Assembly (NCBI GenBank): GCA_026710795.1
Contig: JAPOQK010000005.1
Span: forward strand, 1,561-65,560
DNA: 64,000 nt
Reading direction: 5' to 3'
From: Candidatus Poribacteria bacterium
Lineage (GTDB): Bacteria; Poribacteria; WGA-4E; WGA-3G
Below are positions 1-10,215 of the stretch, one piece after another. The translations under genes and the position numbers were made by a program. Under the pieces are notes generated by a model. It did no database searches. It was given only the letters and a program-made list of their open reading frames with translations, and was not told where the DNA came from. Positions within the stretch are counted from its first letter, which is position 1, and each line of letters starts with the position of its first letter.

Positions 1-499
1 GGGAATATTGAAAGATTATGACCCGGATTTGGCAGCACTGCTTACTGAAATTTATGGTGATGAAGATTGGCGATATACAAATGCGATAACTCGGACGCAT
101 TTACCGCATCTGGATGGATTCGAACCCGATGCTTCACCAAAGTTTGAATGGCCTGCTGAACTCTCTGCATGCTATGAAGACCTGTTTGACAAGAACAGCA
201 AGGGTGGAGACAAATGGGTAGGTTTGAAACGTTATGAACCGAACGAACTTTCAACTTTAGAGTCTAATGACGGTGAACATTCCGCTATTCTTTTTGTGAA
301 CAAAACAGAAGCAGATATTACTTATTATTGGATAGACTCTGAAGGTAATGAGTCTTATCGTGGACGTGCTGCTGCGGATGCGTTCAGCATTCAACATACG
401 CACGCTGGACATATTTGGCTTGTGAAAGATAATAATGGAGCCAATATCGCCATTTTTCAAGGTGAAGAAAAAACTGGTCGTGCATTAATTGGAGAGTGA
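1..499 (+). CDS. 5'-truncated protein ending in a von Hippel-Lindau (VHL) beta-like domain, possibly preceded by a zincin-like peptidase domain
   Basis: Frame open to window edge; ILFVNKT...YYWIDSEG...HTHAGHIWLVKD resembles VHL beta domain; LKDYDPDLAALLTEIYG resembles the C-terminal helix of zinc-dependent peptidases. Confidence 0.6.
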   Translation, partial: GILKDYDPDLAALLTEIYGDEDWRYTNAITRTHLPHLDGFEPDASPKFEWPAELSACYEDLFDKNSKGGDKWVGLKRYEPNELSTLESNDGEHSAILFVNKTEADITYYWIDSEGNESYRGRAAADAFSIQHTHAGHIWLVKDNNGANIAIFQGEEKTGRALIGE

Positions 500-684
500 T
501 ACGATAATTTATATCTCTCTCTGGTGGTCACGGTGAACAACCGGACCTATTCAAGTGAATTATATTATAATTTAACATGTATGTTACAATGAACTAACTA
601 TCTATATTATTGTTTAGATGAATTATTGCACATAATGTATTCATCTAAATCATCAATTCTATTAAATTTTGAAAGGAAAAGAAA

Positions 685-1704
685 ATGAGAAAATTAGGTT
701 TTCGCCTTTTAGTATTAGTATTAGCATTTTTAATGGTTTCACCTTTGCTTGCAGATAATCACGGGGATAGTATCCTTGACAAAGTGAAAAAGAGGGGTCG
801 TTTGATTTGTGGTGTGAATAAAGAACTTCCTGGGTTCGGTTATCTGGGTCAGGATGGAGAATGGAAAGGATTTGACGTAGATTTTGGTCGCGCAATTGCA
901 GCAGCCGTTCTTGGAGATTCGAGCAAGGTTGAGTTCCGTTCCTTAAAGGCAGCAGATAGATTTCCAGCTCTTCAAACAGGCGAAATAGATGTCTTAATCC
1001 GCAATACCACCTGGACGTTAACCCGTGACACTGCAAACGGTGCAGACTTCTGTCCGCCAAACTTTTATGATGGTCAAGGGTTTATGCTACGTAAAGGTCT
1101 GGAAATAACATCACTGAAGGACCTTGACGGTGCTACTATCGGTGTTACTGCGGGTAGTACCACTGAGTTAAATCTTGCAGATAAAATGCGGACATTGGGG
1201 ATAAAGGTTGAGTCTATTGTTTTTGAGGAAACTGAAACTCTTTACCAGAGTTATGATCAAGGACGTTGTGATGCGGTAACAAGCGATAAGTCTCAACTTA
1301 TTGCACGCAAACAATCTTTGAAGAATCCTGATGAGCATATCATTCTTGATGTAACAATTTCCAAGGAACCTTTAGCACCTGTTACCGTTCATGGAGACAA
1401 CAAGTGGAATGATGTTGTCAGTTGGGTTGTTTATGCTACGTTCTTTGCAGAGGAACACGGTATTACAAAAGCCAAGGTGAAGAACCTGAAATCCGACAAT
1501 CCAGAAATTCAGCGTTTTCTTGGTGAAACTGGAAATATTGGCGAGCAACTTGGTTTACCAGCTGATTGGGCGCGCAATGCTATTGGTGCTGTCGGTCACT
1601 ATGGTGAAATCTTTGAACGTAACCTAACCCCTCTTGGCCTTCCACGCGGTGTCAATAAACCTTGGACAGAAGGTGGATTGCTTTACGCAATGCCTTTCCG
1701 TTAG
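685..1704 (+). CDS. aapJ: General L-amino acid ABC transporter substrate-binding protein
   Basis: Signal peptide; GFDVDFGRAIAAAVLGD, RNTTWTLTRD, ISKEPLAP, GGLLYAMPFR motifs. Confidence 0.92.
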   Translation: MRKLGFRLLVLVLAFLMVSPLLADNHGDSILDKVKKRGRLICGVNKELPGFGYLGQDGEWKGFDVDFGRAIAAAVLGDSSKVEFRSLKAADRFPALQTGEIDVLIRNTTWTLTRDTANGADFCPPNFYDGQGFMLRKGLEITSLKDLDGATIGVTAGSTTELNLADKMRTLGIKVESIVFEETETLYQSYDQGRCDAVTSDKSQLIARKQSLKNPDEHIILDVTISKEPLAPVTVHGDNKWNDVVSWVVYATFFAEEHGITKAKVKNLKSDNPEIQRFLGETGNIGEQLGLPADWARNAIGAVGHYGEIFERNLTPLGLPRGVNKPWTEGGLLYAMPFR

Positions 1705-1731
1705 AACTACACTACACATAGGAAAGTCAAA

Positions 1732-1763
1732 GATGCATGGTGCTTTTCTATGCACCATGCATC
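1732..1763 (+). terminator. Intercistronic 12-bp hairpin (mRNA stabiliser or partial terminator)
   Basis: GATGCATGGTGC-N8-GCACCATGCATC right after the binding-protein gene. Confidence 0.55.
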
Positions 1764-1770
1764 AAATACA

Positions 1771-2985
1771 ATGGCACAAAATTCAACAAAAATCCCCTTC
1801 TGGCGAGATACTCGCGTTCTTCAAGTATTATTCCAAATCCTTTTTCTTCTTGGTGTATTTCTATTAGCAGGAATTCTCTACGCAAATATGCTTAAAGGGT
1901 TAGACAATCTCGGCTTGAATCTCAAACTTGATTTTTTGAGAAATGAAGCGGGGTTTGATGTATCCGATACCGTCATAGAATATGATCCGTCGAATACGTA
2001 TCTAAAGGCGTTTATTGTCGGTGTGCTGAACACCCTAAGGGTTAGTTTGTTGGGAATCTTGTGTGCGACAGTGCTTGGTCTCTTTATTGGGATTTCTCGT
2101 CTATCAACCAATTGGTTGGTGCGAAACATAGCGGCTACATATATTGAGATCTTCCGTAATATTCCGCTCCTGCTTCAAATATTGTTTTGGTATACCGTAT
2201 TCGGTTCACTGCCTGCAGCACGAGAGAGCATTAATCTATTTGATACTGTCTTCATCAACAACCGGTCAATATATTTTCCCTCTCTACAACAGACAGCAGG
2301 AATCAGCAGTTGGGTTGGATATTTTTATGCTGCAGCTATTTTGTCAGTAATCTCTATATTTGTCTTAGCATTGATTTTCCATCGCAAACAGGTGGAAAGG
2401 ATGGAAGAAGGAGATGACATTGGATATTTCACACATGTAACCAGAGCTGCGAAATGGAGTATTGTACCCGTTTTCTTTATAGTTGCTATCATAGGGTGGT
2501 TTCTTGCGCCAGAGAGTCCATTCGTATTGGGACGCCCAGAGTTGCAGAGGTTCAACGTTGAGGGTGGAATACGTTTTTCAGCAGGTTTCATTTCTCTCCT
2601 AATTGCGTTAAGTGTCTATACCAGTGCCTTTATTGCTGAAGTGGTCCGAAGTGGTATACAAGCAGTTTCAAAAGGACAACGGGAAGCAGCGCGAGCAGTC
2701 GGTTTGAGTACTGGACAGACGTTACGTTTAATCATTTTACCGCAAGCAGTTCCAATTATTATCCCACCACTTACAAGCCAGTATCTCAACCTCGCTAAAA
2801 ACTCAAGTTTGGCAACAGCAGCGGGTTATGACGACCTATTTCGCATTGGAAGTACCATTTTGACTCAAGCTGGGAAAGCAATTCCTGTTTTTGCTATGGT
2901 CATGGCAAATTACTTGATAATAAGTCTCACAACATCAGCAGCAATGAATTGGTATAACAGATGGGTCAACCGTTTTAACCGGTGA
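1771..2985 (+). CDS. aapQ: Amino acid ABC transporter permease
   Basis: Multiple TM segments; FRNIPLLLQ, AFIAEVVRSGIQAVSKGQREAA motifs; start moved downstream of the hairpin. Confidence 0.9.
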   Translation: MAQNSTKIPFWRDTRVLQVLFQILFLLGVFLLAGILYANMLKGLDNLGLNLKLDFLRNEAGFDVSDTVIEYDPSNTYLKAFIVGVLNTLRVSLLGILCATVLGLFIGISRLSTNWLVRNIAATYIEIFRNIPLLLQILFWYTVFGSLPAARESINLFDTVFINNRSIYFPSLQQTAGISSWVGYFYAAAILSVISIFVLALIFHRKQVERMEEGDDIGYFTHVTRAAKWSIVPVFFIVAIIGWFLAPESPFVLGRPELQRFNVEGGIRFSAGFISLLIALSVYTSAFIAEVVRSGIQAVSKGQREAARAVGLSTGQTLRLIILPQAVPIIIPPLTSQYLNLAKNSSLATAAGYDDLFRIGSTILTQAGKAIPVFAMVMANYLIISLTTSAAMNWYNRWVNRFNR

Positions 2986-3045
2986 TGTATATATGTATGA
3001 TTTTTACAGTAGTTCAACGCGTATCAACCTAAAGGATGTCGCATA

Positions 3046-4287
3046 GTGGAAGAACAAGCAGATATTCAACAAATTAAACCACCAACAAATGCAAAGGGAC
3101 CTGTAGGGTGGCTTAGAGAGAATCTATTTAATACTTGGTATAACGCACTTCTGACTTGTGTTGCCTTGTTGTTTCTCTATTTTACCTTTAAGGGAATATT
3201 AACATGGGCATTCACTGAAGCAGAATGGAACGTTATTCCTGCCAACCTACAACTTTTTGCTATCGGACCCTACCCCCGGGATCAAGTCTTTCGTATATGG
3301 ATTTGCCTCTATATATTGACAGGACTCTTAGGTTTGAGTGCAGGAATCTGGCGTGGGATAGTCCAACGATGGACAATTGTTGTTGGAAGTATTTTTCTTG
3401 TATTTCTCGTTATACCTTTTGAGATTGTTCCGCGTCAAGATAGTAATTACGTTTCAATTGAATTTAGGTTTAACTTGATCTGGCTTATTTTTGAGTCACG
3501 ACGATGGCTATTAGGTAATATAGCAATACTTATAGTGACATTTTTTCTGGGAAATCGTATTTCCAGATTGCGTCCTTGGATATTGGGTGGGTGGATACTT
3601 TCTTTTCCGATAATCATGTTTGTCCTACACGGGTTTGGTGAAAATGCTGTTCATACAAGTTTGTGGGGTGGACTGATGCTCACATTAATTCTTGCTGTAG
3701 TAGGAATTGCCGTTTCATTTCCACTTGGTGTGTTTTTAGCACTCTGTAGACAGAGTAAACTTCCAGCTATCAAATGGGTATCAATATTTTATATTGAAAC
3801 GGTGCGTGGTGTGCCGTTGATAACAATTTTATTCATGGGAAATACTTTGATAACCATCTTTATACCTTATTTTACCATAGACCAAGTTTTAAAGATGATG
3901 GTTGCTATAACTTTGTTCTCCGCTGCCTACATGGCAGAGAATGTCCGTGGTGGTCTGCAGTCGATACCCAGAGGACAACATGAGGCAGCACAAGCTGTAG
4001 GACTCAATTACGTTCAGAGCATGCTGTTTGTTGTATTACCGCAGGCACTACGTGCTGTCATCCCAGCGATTGTTGGACAGTTTATTGCACTCTTTAAGGA
4101 CACATCTTTAGTGTCTATCATTGGCCTCATTGACCTGTTAGGTGTCGCTAAAAGTATTCTTGCAGAATGGTTAGGACGTCACGTTGAGGTATATTTATTT
4201 ATCGCCCTTATCTATTTTATTTTTTGTTTTGCAATGTCTAAAGTCAGTCAAGAAATTGAAGCAGAATTAGGAGTTGGCAAGCGTTAA
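3046..4287 (+). CDS. aapM: Amino acid ABC transporter permease
   Basis: WLRENLFNTW, WGGLMLT, RGVPLIT, AYMAENVRGGLQ motifs. Confidence 0.9.
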   Translation: MEEQADIQQIKPPTNAKGPVGWLRENLFNTWYNALLTCVALLFLYFTFKGILTWAFTEAEWNVIPANLQLFAIGPYPRDQVFRIWICLYILTGLLGLSAGIWRGIVQRWTIVVGSIFLVFLVIPFEIVPRQDSNYVSIEFRFNLIWLIFESRRWLLGNIAILIVTFFLGNRISRLRPWILGGWILSFPIIMFVLHGFGENAVHTSLWGGLMLTLILAVVGIAVSFPLGVFLALCRQSKLPAIKWVSIFYIETVRGVPLITILFMGNTLITIFIPYFTIDQVLKMMVAITLFSAAYMAENVRGGLQSIPRGQHEAAQAVGLNYVQSMLFVVLPQALRAVIPAIVGQFIALFKDTSLVSIIGLIDLLGVAKSILAEWLGRHVEVYLFIALIYFIFCFAMSKVSQEIEAELGVGKR

Positions 4288-4339
4288 GGTGATGTCTGAT
4301 AAATTCGCACAATATGTATCAGAGAAGAGGGAATAAAAA

Positions 4340-5101
4340 ATGACTGAAAACGAAAATACATCGAATGACCCAATCATAATCTGTGAAGACGTACACAAAT
4401 GGTTTGATGATTTCCATGTCCTAAAGGGTATAACTACCACTTTTAAGAAAGGTGAAAAGGCAGTAATTTGCGGTCCATCAGGGTCAGGCAAATCTACGTT
4501 TATACGGACAATCAACCGCCTTGAGGAGCATCAACGCGGCACAATCATTGTTGATGGTATTGAACTTACTAACGATCTCCGTAATATCAATCTGATTCGT
4601 CAGGAAGTCGGAATGGTATTCCAACAGTTCAATTTGTTTCCACATTTATCAAACCTAAAGAATATAACCTTAGGTCCTATAAGGGTAAGAAAACTGTCAA
4701 AACGTAAAGCTGAAGAAGAAGCATTAGCATTACTTGAACGGATGGGTATTGCGGATCAAGCATATAAATATCCGTCAGAAATTTCTGGTGGACAGCAGCA
4801 ACGTGTTGCCATTGCAAGGGCATTGGCAATGGAACCCAAGATTATGCTGTTCGATGAACCGACAAGTGCCCTTGACCCAGAGATGATCTCTGAAGTATTA
4901 GATGTGATGCGTGAACTTGCACATTCGGGGATGACAATGCTTGTTGTTACACATGAGATGGGATTTGCCCGTGAAGTAGCGGATCGGGTCATGTTTTTTG
5001 ATGAAGGAGTAGTTGTAGAGGAGGCAGTACCAGCAGATTTCTTTGATAATCCACAACACGAACGCACGAAACTTTTCATTTCGCAAACACTGCAACATTA
5101 G
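4340..5101 (+). CDS. aapP: Amino acid ABC transporter ATP-binding protein
   Basis: Walker A GPSGSGKS, signature ISGGQQQR, Walker [13 protein letters not shown]. Confidence 0.93.
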   Translation: MTENENTSNDPIIICEDVHKWFDDFHVLKGITTTFKKGEKAVICGPSGSGKSTFIRTINRLEEHQRGTIIVDGIELTNDLRNINLIRQEVGMVFQQFNLFPHLSNLKNITLGPIRVRKLSKRKAEEEALALLERMGIADQAYKYPSEISGGQQQRVAIARALAMEPKIMLFDEPTSALDPEMISEVLDVMRELAHSGMTMLVVTHEMGFAREVADRVMFFDEGVVVEEAVPADFFDNPQHERTKLFISQTLQH

Positions 5102-5124
5102 AGATATTTGTATGGTGAATCTTT

Positions 5125-5883
5125 ATGCGGTTAAGAGACAAAATAGCCATTGTCACAGGAGCAGGACGCGGTATCGGTAGAGCAATCGCCATTCGGTTTG
5201 CTGAAGAGGGTGCAAAGGTTGTTGTTGATGACGTGAACGATGATATTGGTAAAGCAACTGTCTCTGATATTACCGATGCAGGTGGTGAAGCCTTATTTAT
5301 CAACGCTGATGTATCTGATACTGCGGATGCTGAAAAACTAATTACTCAATCTGTTGAGGTATATGGAAAAGTTGATATACTTGTCAACAACGCTATCTGT
5401 TCTACGGAAGATGTCCTGAACAATAACTGGGAAGCAAATTTAGCAGTTGCCCTTCAAGGTACAAGTCATTGTAGCAACGCGGTGATACCAATTATGCAAC
5501 ATGCAGGCGGTGGTAGTATTGTCAACATCGCATCGGTTAACGGTCTCATTGGATTGCAAGGAATTCATGCCTATTCTGCTGCGAAAGGTGGTGTGATTGC
5601 ATTGACGCGTTCTATGGCAGTTGCACACGGCAAAGATAATATCCGTATCAACTGTATCTGTCCCGGCACCGTGCAAACTGAAGTCTGGGAACCGATGATT
5701 GAACGCAATCCACAAATCTTGGATGAAATCATACCGTGGTATCCGCTGGGACGAATCGGAAAACCATTGGACATTGCTAATGCTGCGCTGTTCCTCGCAT
5801 CTGATGAGGCGAGTTTTGCAACAGGTGCGGTTTTCGTGATTGACGGTGGGTTGACTGCTGGCAATCACCAATTTCCTATCTAA
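5125..5883 (+). CDS. Short-chain dehydrogenase/reductase (SDR)
   Basis: TGAGRGIG, NNA, YSAAK motifs. Confidence 0.93.
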   Translation: MRLRDKIAIVTGAGRGIGRAIAIRFAEEGAKVVVDDVNDDIGKATVSDITDAGGEALFINADVSDTADAEKLITQSVEVYGKVDILVNNAICSTEDVLNNNWEANLAVALQGTSHCSNAVIPIMQHAGGGSIVNIASVNGLIGLQGIHAYSAAKGGVIALTRSMAVAHGKDNIRINCICPGTVQTEVWEPMIERNPQILDEIIPWYPLGRIGKPLDIANAALFLASDEASFATGAVFVIDGGLTAGNHQFPI

Positions 5884-5975
5884 GTATCCAACTTCTCAAA
5901 ATTTAAAAGGTAGACTTGATTTTATCTTTGTATACGTATAAAGTCATTGAACATCAATACACAAGGAGTGACACA

Positions 5976-6827
5976 ATGGTAACACAAGAACAGGTAGACT
6001 TTTTTCAGGAAAACGGTTACCTCAAGTTCGGCAAAGTATTAGATAGTGATGGTGTAGAAGCCATGCGCGCAGGATTAGATACCATCATCGATTTAGAACT
6101 TAACGAAGGTGATGATTCCTCCCCTGAATTCAAGTATGGTCATGACCGTCAAGGGCAGCGACTCCATAGAGGAAGAGATCATCCGCGCGCCATCCATCAA
6201 TTCGTCAATATGTGGAAACGTGAAATGAGTTATGAGGCAGCGATCCACAATCCGCTAATTGCAGGAACTGCTCGCGCATTATTGGAAACTCCAGAAGTCA
6301 GACTCTGGCATGACCAAGTTATATCCAAACCACCGCAAGACAATGGACACTTCGGTTTTCATCACGATTTCTTCTTTTGGCCCCTCAGTCCTCCCAACAT
6401 AGTGAGTTGCTGGCTTGCTTTGGATGATGCTACTGTAGACAGCGGTTGTATGCACGTCATGCCGAAAAGTCACAAAGATGAACGTTTCTCTGTTGAGGCA
6501 AAAGCAGCGTTTGATGCAGCAACAGCAAAGGCTCAAGAAGAAGGACGAGAACCACCTCCGAACCCATGGTCAGAAAGACGGAGCTTAGACATCAGCCACG
6601 GTATCCCAGTGGAGTTAAAAGCGGGTGAGTGTATGTTCCATCACTGTCTGAATTGGCACGGCACACCCCCGAATGTTACAGATCATCAACGCAGAGCATT
6701 TGTCATGATTTTCATGGCACAAGATGTTTGCTATAATAACGCGCAATCTCCGGGGCACGTCCTTGTTCCGACAATAGAAGTAGAAAATGGTGAACCACTT
6801 GTGGGTGATGGGTTCCCTGTGGCATAG
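5976..6827 (+). CDS. Phytanoyl-CoA dioxygenase (PhyH) family Fe(II)/2-oxoglutarate dioxygenase
   Basis: FFQENGYL, HHD facial triad, WLALDDATVDSGCM, distal H and R; AAGGAG RBS before ATG 5976. Confidence 0.9.
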   Translation: MVTQEQVDFFQENGYLKFGKVLDSDGVEAMRAGLDTIIDLELNEGDDSSPEFKYGHDRQGQRLHRGRDHPRAIHQFVNMWKREMSYEAAIHNPLIAGTARALLETPEVRLWHDQVISKPPQDNGHFGFHHDFFFWPLSPPNIVSCWLALDDATVDSGCMHVMPKSHKDERFSVEAKAAFDAATAKAQEEGREPPPNPWSERRSLDISHGIPVELKAGECMFHHCLNWHGTPPNVTDHQRRAFVMIFMAQDVCYNNAQSPGHVLVPTIEVENGEPLVGDGFPVA

Positions 6828-6833
6828 CATAGT

Positions 6834-8105
6834 ATGGATACTGAGATGAAAGATTCAACATTTATTAAGAGAGTCATTCTAAAAAACTATAAGAGTATTG
6901 CCGCGTGTGATGTGCAGTTGCAGCCTCTGACGTTTCTCGTAGGTCGCAACGGATCGGGTAAAAGTAACTTTCTTGATGCGTTGCGGTTTGTTGCGGATGC
7001 ATTGAATACATCGCTTGACCATGCCATAAGAGATCGCGGTGGACATAACGGTATCCGTCGACAGGCTCGCAGACGTCCAAAATATCTAAGTATTGGACTA
7101 AACTTTGTTTTACCTGACGGTTTTTCAGGGTACTATTACCTTCGTATTAATTTCCTCCCTGCTAAGTATTTTGAGGTACAGAACGAAGTATGTATCATTC
7201 AAAACAAACAATCATGTATAGCAGACGCGTACTATAGAGTTGAAAACGGAATTGTGAAGGATGCAAGTGTCGAAGTAGCACCAGCGGTTACAACAGATCG
7301 ACTTTACTTAGTAAATGCTTCAGGTCTTCCTGAATTTCGACCTGTCTACGATGCATTTTCGCGTATGGGATTCTACAATATTAACCCCGCTTATATTCGA
7401 GATATACAGATACCTGATTCTGGTAATATGTTAAATCGGAATGGTAGCAACATTACAAGCGTTCTTGCCAACCTTCCTCAATCAGTTAAAACGCACGTTG
7501 AGGAATATCTTACATTGGTTACGCCTGGAATACATGAAGTTCAAGTCAAATCACTTAGAAATAGGGAAATAATAGTGTTTTTGCAGAAAGTCGCAGATGG
7601 TGACTATGTCTGGAGATATTATGCAAACGATATGTCCGATGGAACACTTCGCGCATTGGGAATTCTTGTAGCACTATTTCAGGAAAATCTTGACGTTGAA
7701 AATCACATTAAACTTGTGGGAATAGAAGAACCAGAACTGGCACTTCATCCTGCTGCTGCTGGGGTGTTGCTTGATGCACTTCGGGATGCTGCGTGTAAGA
7801 CACAGGTTATCATTACCAGTCATAGTCCGGATTTGCTTGATAACAAGGATTTAGATATAGATTCAATTCTCGCTGTTGAAGCACATGACGGAACTACTGC
7901 AATTGCGCCCATAGACGAGGCAAGCAGATCTGTGATCAGAGATAGGTTGTTTACAACTGGTGAACTTTTGCGCCTTGATCAATTGCAACCAGATCCGATA
8001 TCTGTTGAAGCTGCGGCAAAAACTAAACAACTCACCTTCACTGAAATTTTAAAGAACGAGAATATTCGTATAGACAAGAAAAATCGAAGAACAGATGACC
8101 TTTAA
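6834..8105 (+). CDS. AAA_21/AAA_15-type ABC ATPase
   Basis: LKNYKSI, GRNGSGKSN, MSDGTLR, IEEPELALHP, ITSHS motifs. Confidence 0.88.
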   Translation: MDTEMKDSTFIKRVILKNYKSIAACDVQLQPLTFLVGRNGSGKSNFLDALRFVADALNTSLDHAIRDRGGHNGIRRQARRRPKYLSIGLNFVLPDGFSGYYYLRINFLPAKYFEVQNEVCIIQNKQSCIADAYYRVENGIVKDASVEVAPAVTTDRLYLVNASGLPEFRPVYDAFSRMGFYNINPAYIRDIQIPDSGNMLNRNGSNITSVLANLPQSVKTHVEEYLTLVTPGIHEVQVKSLRNREIIVFLQKVADGDYVWRYYANDMSDGTLRALGILVALFQENLDVENHIKLVGIEEPELALHPAAAGVLLDALRDAACKTQVIITSHSPDLLDNKDLDIDSILAVEAHDGTTAIAPIDEASRSVIRDRLFTTGELLRLDQLQPDPISVEAAAKTKQLTFTEILKNENIRIDKKNRRTDDL

Positions 8106-8706
8106 AATTGGATGTATTGTTGAGGGAGATGGTGAAGTTGGAGCTGTTCCTGTCTTGATTCGTCGCATAGCGTCGGATCTCTATCCAGAGTTGCCGCTTA
8201 TCGTAGAACGTCCAATTCGTGCACCTAGAAATTTGGTGGTTAAGGCAGATGAACTTGAGCGAAGGATCGAATTAGCAGTTCAAAAAATTAGTGGAAAGGG
8301 AGCAATAATTATCATACTTGACAGCGATAATGACTGTCCTGCAGAATTGGGACCTGCATTACTTAACAGAGCATTGCAGACTCGTAGCGATTTACCGATT
8401 GCTGTTGTGCTCGCTAAGTGCGAATTTGAGGCATGGTTTCTTGCCGCAGCTCAATCAATTCGTGGTCAGAGAGGATTAAATGAAGATATTGATACTCCAA
8501 AGGATCCAGAGACAATCCGTGATGCAAAGGGATGGCTTAGCAAGCGAATGGAAAATTCCAAAACATATAGTGAAACGCGCGACCAACCAGCATTTGCAGC
8601 ACTCTTTGACATTGAACAAGCACGGAAAGCAGACTCATTTGACAAATGCTACCGAGACATAGTACGTCTCCTTGAAGAATTGCAAACAGTGAATAAGCAA
8701 GAATAA
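8095..8706 (+). CDS. DUF4276-like (TOPRIM-related) protein
   Basis: IVEGDGE, ILDSDNDCP, EFEAWFLA, DPETIRDAK, SFDKC motifs; overlaps ATPase stop by 11 nt. Confidence 0.8.
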   Translation: MTFKIGCIVEGDGEVGAVPVLIRRIASDLYPELPLIVERPIRAPRNLVVKADELERRIELAVQKISGKGAIIIILDSDNDCPAELGPALLNRALQTRSDLPIAVVLAKCEFEAWFLAAAQSIRGQRGLNEDIDTPKDPETIRDAKGWLSKRMENSKTYSETRDQPAFAALFDIEQARKADSFDKCYRDIVRLLEELQTVNKQE

Positions 8707-8746
8707 ACTATCACAATAATTTCCCTACTTATATGGAGTACACAAT

Positions 8747-10150
8747 ATGGAAAACAAACCAAATGTCATTTTTGTCCTAACAGACGACCAAGGTCCTTGG
8801 GCAATGGGTTGTAGTGGTAACGACGAATTACGTACGCCCTACATTGACCAACTCGCCGCCGAAGGTGCCCGCTTTCCCAACTTTTTCTGTACGAGTCCTG
8901 TGTGCTCACCTGCACGCGCAAGCCTGATGACTGGGCGCATCCCATCAGCACACGGCGTACACGACTGGATTCGCGATGGAAACATGCCACCTGATCCTGC
9001 ACGCTATCTGGAAGGATTAACATGTTATAGCGATGTTCTCGCAGAAAACAATTATACCGTAGGATTGAGTGGAAAATGGCATCTCGGAGATAGTCTAACA
9101 CCACAGCACGGATTCAGCCACTGGTTCGCTTTGCCGACAGGTGGTAGCAAATATAACGATGCAAATATGATTCGTGATGGACAGGTTGAGATGCAACCCG
9201 GCTACCTCACAGACATAATTACCGATGATGCGTTAGATTTTATATCAGCAAATAAAGATGGACCATTCTATCTCAGCGTCAACTATAACGCTCCGCATAC
9301 CCCGTTTAATGGACATCCACAAGACATCGTTGATTCTTACGATGATTGTCCGTTCAAGACCTGTCCACAAGAACCATTGCATCCGTGGGCAGTGCAGGGT
9401 GCAGCAGCACACATGGGTAATCGTGAGTCGTTGAAAGGTTATTACGCTGCGATTACAGCACTCGATTTAAATGTCGGACGAATATTAGATCGACTTTCAG
9501 AATTAGATATCCGTGAGAACACGCTTGTTGTCTTTAGTAGTGATAACGGTTATTCTTGTGGACATCACGGCTTTTGGCATAAAGGCAACGGAACATTCCC
9601 ACTAAATATGTATGACAACTCTGTTAAAGTGCCATTTGTTATCAGCCAACCCGGAAGGATTCCAGAGGGACGTGTTAGCGAGGCAATGGTAAGCCAATAC
9701 GATTTCATGCCGACACTACTTGATTATCTCGGTTTACCTGATCCGAACGATGATATGTCACCAGGAAGAAGTTTTGTTTCCGCACTTACAGGAGAAACAA
9801 ACGATGCACAAGACGAAATCGTTGTATTTGACGAATACGGTCCTGTCCGTATGATCAGGACACAAGAGTGGAAATACGTTCATCGCTATCCCTACGGTCC
9901 ACATGAACTATACGACTTGAAAAATGACCCTGGTGAACGGAAGAATTTGGTAGAAGAAAATGAGCATAACGCCCTAATCAGCGATATGCGTCAACAGATG
10001 GGTGCATGGTTTGAACGGTATGTAGTGCCAGGATTAGATGGAGCAAGATGTTCGGTCACCGGTGGTGGACAAGCAGCAAAACTTGGAGGAGGTAATTACG
10101 GAGAAGATTCCTTCCATCCAAGATACGCACCACCAAGGCGAAATGTCTAA
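8747..10150 (+). CDS. Formylglycine-dependent sulfatase (S1), no signal peptide
   Basis: PNVIFVLTDD, CSPARASLMTG, GKWHLG, SDNG motifs. Confidence 0.95.
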   Translation: MENKPNVIFVLTDDQGPWAMGCSGNDELRTPYIDQLAAEGARFPNFFCTSPVCSPARASLMTGRIPSAHGVHDWIRDGNMPPDPARYLEGLTCYSDVLAENNYTVGLSGKWHLGDSLTPQHGFSHWFALPTGGSKYNDANMIRDGQVEMQPGYLTDIITDDALDFISANKDGPFYLSVNYNAPHTPFNGHPQDIVDSYDDCPFKTCPQEPLHPWAVQGAAAHMGNRESLKGYYAAITALDLNVGRILDRLSELDIRENTLVVFSSDNGYSCGHHGFWHKGNGTFPLNMYDNSVKVPFVISQPGRIPEGRVSEAMVSQYDFMPTLLDYLGLPDPNDDMSPGRSFVSALTGETNDAQDEIVVFDEYGPVRMIRTQEWKYVHRYPYGPHELYDLKNDPGERKNLVEENEHNALISDMRQQMGAWFERYVVPGLDGARCSVTGGGQAAKLGGGNYGEDSFHPRYAPPRRNV

Positions 10151-10215
10151 ACATCTACGATGACTGCTACATGCACATGTAGTGTTAATTTGATGATGCC
10201 GAATAGAGGTTAGAC

